NCBI GenBank assembly: GCA_051362555.1
Contig: CM120649.1
Span: forward strand, 5,704,001-5,768,000
Length of the DNA stretch: 64,000 bases
Source: Lingula anatina
Taxonomy: Eukaryota; Animalia; Brachiopoda
Direction of reading: 5' to 3'
Part shown: in pieces, positions 54,801 through 64,000 of the stretch
How positions within the stretch are numbered: position 1 is the stretch's first letter
How the letters are laid out: each line of letters starts with the position of its first letter
The notes under the pieces: model-generated
What the model saw: only the letters and a program-made list of their open reading frames with translations
What the model was told of the DNA's origin: nothing
Databases searched by the model: none
Made by a program: the position numbers and the translations under genes

Positions 54801-57800
54801 CAGAGCTTGAGACACTGCAAATGGATGATAACAAAATTTCCAGTGTTCATCCTGATGTCATGAAAATGACCAAACTCACAAATCTGTACCTTAGTGGAAA
54901 CCAGTTCACAACTATACCAGCTGAAGTATGCCACATTCCAAAGCTTATGAACCTGGTAATGAGGTGGAACAAAATCTCCAGTGTACATCCTGATGTCATG
55001 AAAATGACCAAACTCAGACATCTGGACCTTTTTCAAAACCAATTCACAACTATACCAGCTGAAATATGCCACATTCCAGAGCTTCGGTCACTGCTAATGA
55101 ATGGGAACAAAATCTCGAGTGTACATCCTGATGTCATGAAAATGACCAAACTCAGAAATCTGTACCTTAGTAAAAACCAGTTCAAAGAGATCCCAGCTGA
55201 AGTATGCCACATTCCAGAGCTTGAGACACTGAAAATGGATGAGAACAAAATCTCCAGTGTTCATCCTGATGTCAAGAAAATGACCAAACTCAGAAATCTG
55301 GACCTCGGTCAAAACCAGTTGACAGAGATCCCAACTGAAATATGCCACATTCTAGAGCTTGAGACACTGCAAATGGATAATAACCAAATCTCCAGTGTTT
55401 ACTCTGATGTCAAGAAAATGACCAAACTCACATATCTGTACCTTAGTGGAAACCAGTTCACAACTATACCAGCTGAAGTATGCCACATTCCAAAGCTTAT
55501 GAAACTGGTAATGAGGTGGAACAAAATCTCCAGTGTACATCCTGATGTCAAGAAAATGACCAAACTCAGACATCTAGACCTTTTGCAAAACCAATTCACA
55601 ACTATACCAGCTGAAATATGCCATATTCCAGAGCTGAATACACTGCAAATGGATAGGAACAAAATCTCCAGTGTACATCCTGATGTCAAGAAAATGACCA
55701 AACTCACATATCTGTACCTTAGTGGAAATCAGTTCACAACTATACCAGCTGAGATATGCCACATTCAAGAGCTTACTTTACTGCTAATGAATGAGAACAA
55801 AATTGACGATGTTCATCCTGATGTCATCACAATGACCAAACTCACAAATCTGGAACTCAGCCATAATCATTTTACTCATTTTCCTAAAGACATATGCAAA
55901 ATTCAATCACTACAGTACCTGGACATGTCACATAACAGGATCACTCATCTTCCACATCAGCTCTTGGAACTTGAACATTTAGAATGTCTCAGAGTGAGAG
56001 ATAATCCCCTTGTGCTACAACTAGAGGAGGATCTGATGGGGAAAGAAGCCATACACTGCTACCTTGAAACCTTGAAGAGGTTCAAGGGATTGGAGGAGGG
56101 AAAACAATACAAAGAAATAGATGGTAAATGGCACATATATCTTTTTCATCTACTACATGTATGCTTCAAACAGGTTATAGTTTTCAAGTTGTTATGGTCC
56201 TCTATTTAATATAAGTGTCACTGCTAAACTAACCTCTACTTAAACTTAATGTCACTGCTATATTTAAACTTAATGTTACTGCATGGTGTTGTACAGATCA
56301 TTTAAACTAACAGCTGACTTTTCTAACCAGATTATCCCTGATTTCTTCTAGCCAGTAACCAGCAGAAATCCTCATACAGAAGATGTAAAATCTTACTTTG
56401 TAAGCCCAGAAATAAGGTATTATTATATATATTATTTGTAATGATCATATATATTTCCCAGAGCATGATAGCTTCTATTGTTTTTACAGATGGAAGCAGC
56501 GGCAGCAGCAGCAGCAGTAGCAGCGGTGAAGGATCAAAACTGGCAAGTTCATTGGATAGAAGGTAACTTATTTGCAAACAGCTTGCAAAATTTGAATAAC
56601 AGTATTTTTCTTACAATGTGACCGTATCCATAATCTATCAATCATCAACTTAGGCTTCAAGACCATGACATGGTTGTTCAAATAGTCATACAGGGAAATT
56701 CCAACTATTGGATAATTTTAAACACTCATCTTTACATCCTTTGAGCCAGAAAGAAGTGCATCTCATTGCAATTAATAGCAATTACTACTACAATAATATA
56801 ATAATTAAGATTATGCATATATTTTACATTGAATGTCTGTATTTTATTTGATCAAACCAAACCACATTACAATTTCACAATTGTATTCCACTATAATACA
56901 TAAATAATGCAGCAAAACTAAACAGAACATTTTTGTTGCCCATCCAATTTTATAAATAATTTTAGGATAACCTGATATTCTTTCTTCCAGCATTTCTTGT
57001 AACACTGTTTGCCAAGTTCACAATGAGTGCAAATCTGTAATGGTCATATTTTGTGGCACTAGGAGAGTGCAGACCTATGCCAAGGCAGCAATTTTTTATT
57101 ATTATTGATTAAAGATTGATTATTGATACAGATCACCACCAAAAACTAATCATCTGTTCCTTGGCCCACTTCTGACAGTTCCTGAAAATTTCATCAAAAT
57201 CGGTCCATAACTTTTTGAGTTATGTTGATGACAGACAAACAGACAAACAAGGGTGAAAACATAACTTTCTTGGCGGAGGTAATAAATGTCCACTGTGCCA
57301 TCTATCATCTTAAAAGAGTATCAAAGTCTGATAAGATTTAAAAGAATCTTTATTCTTGTTTTCAGACAAGCAGGACAAAGCACATCAGATACAGCATATA
57401 CAAGTGCTTCATCTAAGAAGCTTAAACCTGCAGAAAAGCTACTTAAATGCAAAGGTAAATAAAGTCTCCAATGTCATCTTAATACTTGGCAGTATATTGG
57501 ACCATTCAGATTGAGAAGAGCCGAGTGCTAATAAAGCCGCAACCTAAATATGGCGGACCTACATGAAGGGAAGACCACTTAATCCTGTAATGGTCTCTCC
57601 GCCTCTTATACACCTCCCCACACATCATCCCTGCAGGGGCACAGTAATTAAATCTCAGCTCAATTCAACCAGTCGAGGGAAAAAGCATTGGGTGGCATGT
57701 GAAAGGTAGAGAGACCATTACAGGACTAGCGGTCTTCCTTTCATGTAGGTCTGCCATATTTAGGTCATGGCTTCACCAGCACTTGGCTGTTCTCAATCTG

Positions 57801-60800
57801 AATGGTCCCTTTAAGTTCTGTGTAGAACATTTTGATTCACCTTATTCATTCATGTACTCAAACATATATACTGTTGACCATTTTAAAAAAGTTCACATCT
57901 GATTTTGCTTCATTTCCAAACCATTTTTCACAGTTCCAGACTTCATAAACAAAGAACTCCTAGAAAAGATAACAACAGATCTTGTTCCCCATGAAATAAG
58001 AGAAGAAATTGGAGCAGCCATCCAAAAATGTTCAGTTTTCTTGCAACATAAATATCCCAACATCTCAAGAATATCTATCTCAAGGCTTCAAGCAAATGGC
58101 GATGGTGAGAAAAAACCTTGTATTGCAGTATACTGCAGTGACATAACAAATATGGCACACTTTCCTAAAGAGCTTGAGGGGTTTCCAGTTGAAGTCAGGG
58201 AAGGGACATTTTCTCTTTCTGCTGACAATGAAGGAAGCAGAAATGATGATCATAGTCAGTTACATATTGGATGCTCTGTTGGTTTACTAAATAGCCAGGG
58301 TAGCCTTGGGCTATTTGTTAATCAGCACAAAGATGATCAAGCATCAACCAAGCCACAGGCATTTGTTACATGTTCCCATGTAGTTTGCCCTTACAGCGAA
58401 AATCCTGAAACAGCAACTAAAACACCCGTCTATGTTGAAAACAACTGCACTTTGAAAAGATGTGGGGTTGTTAGCAAATGCTATGCAGGTAATGTTGACC
58501 TTGACAATGGGTTTGGCTCAAAGATTCCATATGGAGTAGACATTGCACTTGTGGAATTACATAAAAATGCTAAAGCCAATTTGTTTCCGATACAATCACA
58601 GCAAATATCATTCAGTAATGTGGATATAGAAGATGTAAGTTGTATCCAAAACCCTATCCTTGTGCACAAATTTGGTAAAACCACGGGGCTGACACATGGA
58701 TTTGTTAGCTCCGAGTATGATTACTGTTGTAATACTCATCTCATTGATGGCACACATGGAGTTCCTAAACCATTTTCAAACATGATAACTGTTTTAAGCA
58801 TCCCTAATCTCGATAAAGCAGCATTTTCTAAGAAAGGAGACTCTGGATCTGCAGTTTATGTGGAATTGGAAAATGGCAAAAGAGTTATCATTGGAACTGT
58901 AGTTGGTTCAGCTAGTGACACATCACGTGAAGTGCCAGTGCAGTGCAGCATTGTTTCCAGAATCCACCCTGCACTACATCAGATACAGGCTTGCATTTAC
59001 AAGCCATCTCAGAGGAAAGAAGAACCAATGGAAACTGATCATGCTACTGGTAAATTTAAAAATTGCTGCCTTTCGTAAAAGTAGTAGAATAATCAAACAT
59101 ACATCACAGAATACAAAAATACTGAACTTACTGCCAGGAACAGGTTCACAGTGGGCTTGTTACTGATAAATGCTATATCTGTCATGGCGATTCCCTCCGC
59201 GGCACAGTCCTGCTGTTCCCTCTCAAAGATGTACTCATTGAAATACTGGTGCAGCTGCTCATTGGCTAGGTTGATGCATATCTTAGAGTAGAAATATTCA
59301 CTTTATTTCAATGTTTTTTTCATTAAAATTTATTCTTGATGTATATATATTTTTTGGAAAGAAATGCAGAGTTGATTATGCATAGTCAGACAGGCCCGTA
59401 GTCAGCAATTTCAAAAGGGAGGGGTTCTTTTTCCAAAAAAGTGAACCTTTTACAATGAAACCCATGTGCATCTAGATCAAATTTTACTCAGAATAGACCT
59501 TTTCCTGACAAAAAGGGTGGTTCTTTCGAACCCCCCATTTCCCCCCGGCTACAGGCCTGCCAGAGGTGATATGTTTAAAACAATCATAGCAGTTACTTTT
59601 GTTGTGACAAATTTAAATATATTATAAAGGTGAGTGTGTACATATGATTCATGTGTGTGTATGTAAGTCTTACTTAATTATATCTGAATCAGTGTATATG
59701 TAACAATTATTATGTATATCATTCAATGTATTTTGTATTAATTAAAGGACTTCAAATTTTTGCTAAATATTACTGTGACAAGTTGAATTGTTTATATTAT
59801 GGTGTATGAATGCATGGGCTGTTGTGTGTGTGTGTGTGTGTGTGTGTGCGTGCGTGTGTGTGCACCAGTAAGTGTACCAAAATCAATTTAAGTAAATCAG
59901 ATTGCTAATAATTATGATTCCCATTATTTCGTCTTAAAATTTGTAACTATTCATAACTATATAAATGTGCGTAATTACCAGTATACTAGACATCATGTAT
60001 TGCATTTCAGGTTTTTGTTCAGCTGTGTTTTAGAGTTAAATGCAAAGACTGGCACAAATTTAACCAGCCTATTAGACTTTGTGTATGTAAATATAGAATA
60101 ATCAAGAAGACATTAAAATTGCTATTTGAACAAACCTGTTCAAAACTATTTCTGGGGAAATTTTCAAATCCAAAAATATCCAAGATTCCTATCTGAACTG
60201 GAGAGAAGCCACTGAAATTAAAGATAAATATGTGTTTATTTCCAGAATGTTTTGATAGAATAAAGCATCGGAAATCCTCTAAAAAACAGTTTAATTCTTG
60301 GTTGGAATAAAAATAACTAGACAACAGTGCTGGGAAATATACTAACACAAAACAGCAAAAACAATAATTATATTTTTTAAAGAAAAAAAAGATGATGCAC
60401 AAAGTCAATTTCTTTCAACTCCACATCATATCACCCCCCCCCCTCTCTCTCAAATTACCACCCAAAGAAATGAAGAAATAAAACTACACCCCATTGAATT
60501 AATTCAAGTTCAAACGTGAGAAATGAAAAGCCCGAGAGAAAGTGATAAGTCACTAAAACAGACTACCTTCCTCCCTACATCAAAATTTCAGAGTAATATA
60601 TTTTTTTAATGTTATTTAAATTTGAATCAAAATGATCCCTGCCCCATACTTACACCTCCTCTGGGGGCTGTATGAGTTGGTTGACTCCATTGACTATCCA
60701 GCTGAACAGTCGGCCATACAGGGCCTTGGCCAGGGCATCCCTGCAGTCCCCTGCCTGGGTCAAGTTTCTCTCACGTTTGATTTGTTCGCCTAGAATTGTA

Positions 60801-63800
60801 TGATACAGTGAAATACATTACATGTCGTTGTCTTTTGTGTAAAAAAAATGGCAAAAAGAAGGTTTTTTACCCATGATGCCTGATATTTTTACCTTTTTCC
60901 TTAGGGCTGTGATTAAATGATCGATTGTCAAGGAATTCGTGTTAAGTCATGTGATCTAAGCCCTAAGATGAAGGGTAAATCATGTCTTGATACAGAAAAA
61001 AAACACGTAATTCTATAAAATTATAGCAAATTTTCCATCTTTAAGAAAATCCTGAATTATATATTATAACAAATTTTCCATCTTTAAGAAAATCATGCCT
61101 TGGCCAGGTAAACATTTTCATTTAGACATTTAAGCCACTTTTCATTCAATTATAAGTATATCTAAAGACAATCAAATATTATATGAGGAAAAGTTAAAGC
61201 TATACTACCTCTGGTGATGGTAATCTCAGATACCAGAGCAGAACTGAGGTCACCGACTGGAACCTGGAGCAAAGCTGCGACTGCAGAAAAATATTAATTT
61301 GCATTTAAAATAACATTCAATTTTCTCTGTGTTACTCTATGCAGATGATTGAGAGAGATATATTTATGAGACATTTTTTTAATGCCAGTCTCAGAAAAAC
61401 CTGGGGAAAAGAAGTAAAAGAGAGAGAGTGTGTGTGTGTGTGTGTGTGTGTGACTGTGTGTGTGTGCAGGCGTGCACATGAGTGTGTGTGCATGTGTGAC
61501 ATTATGGCCGTCACAACCATTACATTCCACTGTCACATCTTATTCAATGCCATACCTTTCCTTAAAGTATCGGGGTTAGAGATTTTGGCAGCCTCATTGT
61601 TTCCAACAGGTTCAAATTGAATGTCTCCGAGGTGTAGCACAGCAGATAGAGTAAAGAACAGGTGATCTACATCCTGGAGAAGAAAGAATAATGTGACTGT
61701 CACATCTAGCACAATTAACTGTCAGTCACAACTAACACAGTGCATTCAATCATATCTACATCCTGGAGAAGAAAATGATCCAAATAATGCATGGAAATTT
61801 ATGATTTGGCCACAGTATAGATAAAAAGTACAAAAGACAAAAAAACGTCATCATATTGCTAAACTGCATACATTAACCATATAACAATATCATGAAAAAT
61901 TGGGAAAAATCAACCTTGGGGAAAAAACAACATATCCGACAAAATCAAAGACTTACAATAACATCTAAGTTGAGAAGTAAATTCATACATACTGCCTTTG
62001 TGAATCCAATATATTTAAAGCATTCTCTGAGCTGAGCAAACCTCTCTGCTGTCTCCTGTGAAATACACCTGTCCAAGTCCGTGTCCACACCCCTCAAGTA
62101 CCTGCAATAATACACCTCATACATCAAAAAGTTATAACAATTTACAGGTTGAAACAATCAAGTGCATACATTTTCAAAAAAATTATCTAATAAGCTCTGC
62201 TAAAAATTGTTTACAAAATCAGTGACATATTTGTAAAATAGAAAATATTACTCACATTCTTCAACCCATTTGAAAGTAAATAATTTGTATTAATGAACGA
62301 TAAAAAGGCAGAACAATGCTTACAGAAACCTCTACGTTAGTACATTCAACAAAATAATATGGCAACTGATACTTTATATAATGCCAAATTCTTAAACCAT
62401 CTTATAGCCAATATTTACTAGATAATGTATGAAAAAGTTAAACAATTTGGACTTCGACAGAAAAAACACAAAGTGTGAGATAAAAATATTACAATTTTAG
62501 AAAACAACTGCTAAATTGCTAATGTAACAATGGTTCACAAGTAGAGGTAGCCTACAACCAATCAGAGATATACTTTTTTAAAATAAGTAATGCTTTAACT
62601 CTGTGTTAGCTGTGCCAAAGTATAACTTGATGATGGTTATATCTTCTGTCAGAGATCAGGGAGGGCATGTTCCTTACTTGCCATCTGGCAACAGACCAGC
62701 AAACAAGAGATTTTTTTTAATATTTGTAAAATAAAGCTGGTCCTTTTTACCTGTGTTTGTGCGGGGACTCCAGTCCATATTTCCTGTATTCATCAGGAGA
62801 CAGGCCAGCAAACATAAGGTAGAAGATGTGAAAATTCTTTTCCTTCACTCCCTGGGAAACCACCCTGGACTTTTCCAGCAGGTACTCTGTGATTTTGGCT
62901 GAAATTTTATGACACATAATTTTAAAAATTAAAATTAAATTACGAGGTGCGGATCCAGAGATATTTTCTGACAAACACTAAATTATCTTTGTTGATCCAT
63001 CAAACATCAAGGAATGGTCTTAATGGTCTTCCCGCAGGACCCAAGCAATTAAACCTCGAAGATGTGATTTAATCCATGTAGGGGATATTAGGATATTTAA
63101 AAGCAAAACTTGGGATATTAGGCAGTTATGCCTTTAAATTGGGTTGCCCATATTTAGTCCATGAATCAGCAAGTCCTCGGATCATCTGTTCGGAATGCGA
63201 TCTTACAATGCCATACCTCCTTGGACTATGCCATCATAGGAGAATTTCAGCTCAAGGAACTTCCCGAATCTGCTGGAGTTGTCGTTCATCACAGTCTGAG
63301 CATTGCCAAAGGACTCCAACAGAGGATTCACCTGGAAATGCAAAGATGACATCAAACTCAATGGATAATTTTTGATAAAACATCAAGAAAAGTAACTACC
63401 TTAAAAATCAATTTTTTTCATGGGTATGTAGGTTCATCAAAGAATTGAGGGGAATTTATCAATTATTTCCTTTTCTCTTTCTTTTATTTAGTATCAAACA
63501 TGAAATATTTTCCCAAACATTCAAATAAACAGAGACAAAGAATTCATCATAAGCCTAAAATTACCTGCTGTATCTTATAGTTAAGATCCCTCTCATCACT
63601 TTCAGCAACATTCAGCAAGTGTTGTATGAGGAATTTACACGTTTCCGTTTTCCCGGCCCCCGACTCTCCACTGATAATACAGCACTGGGAGGTATTCTCC
63701 CTCAGGAGAGCCTTGTATGCCCTGTCTGCCACTGCAAACACATGGGGGGACAGGGGGGTCTGGTCATGGGGGGTCTGGTCGGACCCCTTGTGGTACTGCT

Positions 63801-63807
63801 TGGACAC
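8565..63807 (-). CDS. Unconventional myosin, class III/XVI-like (5' end outside the window; terminal exon not resolved)
   Basis: 21 GT-AG exons with consistent phases: 63565-63807, 63217-63331, 62751-62898, 61993-62101, 61556-61673, 61209-61280, 60654-60789, 60136-60211, 59132-59281, 22559-22652, 21578-21730, 21089-21246, 20544-20627, 19898-20103, 19320-19425, 18938-19034, 18398-18611, 17695-17999, 17295-17395 (weak sites), 15020-15130, 8565-10413. Motifs: P-loop GESGAGKT, switch [26 protein letters not shown], switch [45 protein letters not shown]-like [14 protein letters not shown]. Confidence 0.93.
11122..14687 (-). mobile_element. Helentron/HINE-like element, family A, with internal ~160-bp tandem repeats
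   Basis: Same termini as above; tandem unit containing CATGCTGATTTTCGAACTTGACCTGCG at about 13800-14610. Confidence 0.75.
11731..11823. repeat. (TA)n microsatellite (others at 32294-32357, 41885-41958, 46584-46631)
   Basis: Direct reading. Confidence 0.95.
15020..22652 (-). CDS. Myosin exons, downstream block (C-terminal motor, converter, IQ, proximal tail; 11 exons)
   Basis: [20 protein letters not shown]; MHYAGKVQY...DKNRD; [10 protein letters not shown]...[12 protein letters not shown]; VGHTKLFF; IQ; tail YYQPM, HYMPM and [15 protein letters not shown]. Confidence 0.88.
17188..17278. repeat. (TG)n(AG)n compound microsatellite
   Basis: Direct reading. Confidence 0.95.
22949..24092. mobile_element. 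PIF/Harbinger-like non-autonomous element, TTA TSD
   Basis: Perfect ~33-bp TIR GGCCACACTTTTTATTTTTATGGATGACATCCT; TTA on both sides; the empty site is visible, inverted, at about 1056-1080. Confidence 0.85.
24762..26708. mobile_element. Kolobok-like non-autonomous element, TTAA TSD
   Basis: TTAA|GGCCAGTAGTAGGGTAAAC ... GTTTTACTACTAGTGGCC|TTAA; imperfect TIRs. Confidence 0.55.
27794..28103 (-). mobile_element. Solo LTR (Gypsy-like, 4-bp TSD)
   Basis: CTAG|TGTAA...TTACA|CTAG; on the minus strand TATAAAAG is followed by AATAAA. Confidence 0.75.
29552..31310 (+). CDS. Copy 1 LRR exon (8 x 46-aa double-LRR units plus flanking LRRs and cap)
   Basis: ORF 29552-31318; LxxLxLxxNxF/I repeats of 23 aa; C-cap GNP...GKEAI..YL; donor G|gtaaat. 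Confidence 0.95.
29552..34179 (+). CDS. LRR-serine protease fusion gene, copy 1 (about 1048 aa predicted)
   Basis: Exons 29552-31310, 31593-31650, 31987-32034, 32212-32259, 32560-32595, 32792-32880, 33071-34179 join into one open frame (intron phases 1,2,2,2,2,1). A conserved acceptor at 29309 indicates an upstream non-coding exon. Confidence 0.85.
31657..31797. mobile_element. Palindromic MITE at a splice donor (second copy at about 37794-37933)
   Basis: TATGGGC...GCCCATA arms flanked by duplicated GTAAAT; absent from gene 3 (56563). Confidence 0.8.
33071..34179 (+). CDS. Copy 1 NAL1-like trypsin-fold serine protease exon
   Basis: FVTCSHV (His 33502-33504), GVDIALV (Asp 33664-33666), [18 protein letters not shown] (Ser 33949-33951); N-terminal PCIAIY...[15 protein letters not shown] segment. 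Confidence 0.9.
35929..36060. mobile_element. Palindromic MITE with 9-bp TSD (Mutator-like)
   Basis: ACAATCAAC duplicated on both sides; arms CTCTACCAGGGCGACATC; the empty site lies upstream of gene 3 (about 53870). Confidence 0.8.
36388..37447 (+). CDS. Copy 2 LRR exon (3 double-LRR units)
   Basis: ORF 36388-37455, paralogous to copy 1 with five fewer 46-aa units. Confidence 0.95.
36388..41443 (+). CDS. LRR-serine protease fusion gene, copy 2 (about 790-870 aa depending on micro-exon use)
   Basis: Exons 36388-37447, 37730-37787, 38123-38170, optional 48-nt exons (38505-38552, 38745-38792, 38883-38930, 39109-39156, 39247-39294), 39849-39884, 40083-40171, 40362-41443; same phases as copy 1. 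Confidence 0.82.
38090..39550 (+). repeat. Four tandem copies of a 364-382-bp unit carrying micro-exon-like segments
   Basis: ag|..AAAATTTATGGAACC..CAA(A/C)G|gtaa starts at 38123, 38505, 38883 and 39247; the unit is single-copy in gene 1 (about 31960-32280). Confidence 0.9.
40362..41443 (+). CDS. Copy 2 NAL1-like serine protease exon
   Basis: [20 protein letters not shown] and PGDSGSAV all intact. Confidence 0.9.
42025..46587. mobile_element. Fold-back MITE among (TA)n tracts, split by the family A insertion
   Basis: 42025-42071 is the inverse of 46541-46587; inner palindrome at 46425-46540. Confidence 0.7.
42076..46424 (-). mobile_element. Helentron/HINE-like element, family A
   Basis: Same termini; 161-bp tandem unit at about 45660-46310; internal duplication (about 43490-44500 vs 44930-45850); (GACGGC)n near the end. 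Confidence 0.75.
48259..48660. mobile_element. Short HINE/DINE-like element, family C (also 57059-57283; truncated at about 11679)
   Basis: CTAG...CAGACCTCTGCCAAGGCAGC start, (ACAG/ACAA)n microsatellite, GGGTGAAAACATAACCTCCTTGGCGGAG end. Confidence 0.7.
49290..52790. repeat. 146-bp tandem satellite, about 24 copies
   Basis: GGTCAAAGGTCAATTTCAAGGTCACATT...TGACTTCCTATTCAAGTTCAATAGTAACTATGGACCTATCTCTGCCAG recurs with a 146-bp period (e.g. 49441, 49587). Confidence 0.97.
52788..52996. mobile_element. Palindromic MITE at the edge of the satellite
   Basis: Arms of about 90 bp: TAGTCAGGCGGCTTAGTCCAAATTTTATCCAG... and ...GGACTGAGCCACCTGACTA. Confidence 0.8.
54224..56123 (+). CDS. Copy 3 LRR exon (9 double-LRR units)
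   Basis: ORF 54224-56209; conserved donor GAT G|gtaaat at 56124. Confidence 0.95.
54224..59078 (+). CDS. LRR-serine protease fusion gene, copy 3 (about 1068 aa predicted)
   Basis: Exons 54224-56123, 56490-56562, 57366-57454, 57934-59078 splice in frame (phases 1,2,1). Confidence 0.85.
57499..57808. mobile_element. Palindromic MITE in the last intron of gene 3
   Basis: GGACCATTCAGATTGAGAA ... TTCTCAATCTGAATGGTCC; arms of about 100 bp. Confidence 0.8.
57934..59078 (+). CDS. Copy 3 NAL1-like serine protease exon
   Basis: [30 protein letters not shown]; the frame is open from the acceptor at 57933. Confidence 0.9.
59132..63807 (-). CDS. Myosin motor exons, upstream block (9 exons, P-loop to relay helix)
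   Basis: [11 protein letters not shown]...[12 protein letters not shown]; [24 protein letters not shown]; [10 protein letters not shown]...NFHIFY; [17 protein letters not shown]; [12 protein letters not shown]; [14 protein letters not shown]. Confidence 0.95.
59391..59559. mobile_element. Small MITE family CAGGCCCGTAG...CTACAGGCCTG (also 23683-23846, about 18646-18810 and about 16276)
   Basis: Short TIRs and a shared internal GCAATTTCAAAAGGG...GATCAAATTTTAC core. Confidence 0.65.
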
Positions 63808-64000
63808 CTGGGAATAGCATCAATTACATTTATTTACTTACAGTAACCTTACAACTATTAGTTTTGACAATTTTAAGTAAATTTGTTAATTTTGACAACT
63901 CAAAATAATTCATTATAATTTCTTTTTTTGAATAGTTGCAAAATAATAACTGTGCATCCCTATTCAATAATTTACTAGAAATCATATGTTGTTTCCCACT

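Overview
AT-rich, intron-containing animal genomic DNA, probably an invertebrate; I cannot identify the species. A large unconventional myosin gene (class III/XVI-like) runs on the minus strand across most of the window. I could reconstruct 21 phase-consistent exons covering the motor, one IQ motif and a tail with YxxM motifs, a NYAP-like motif, polyproline and a WH2 motif. One 36.5-kb myosin intron (22653-59131) holds three tandem plus-strand paralogs. In each, a signal-peptide-less LRR array splices in frame, through short linker exons, to a chymotrypsin-fold serine protease of the NAL1/bacterial type with an intact H/D/S triad. The LRR arrays are built from near-identical 138-bp units that differ in number (8, 3, 9) and in concave-face residues, the pattern expected of a diversifying cytosolic sensor-protease immune receptor family. 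The remainder is non-autonomous Helentron-like elements (one carrying a 146-bp satellite), MITEs, a solo LTR and microsatellites. All splice models were read by eye and need RNA confirmation.
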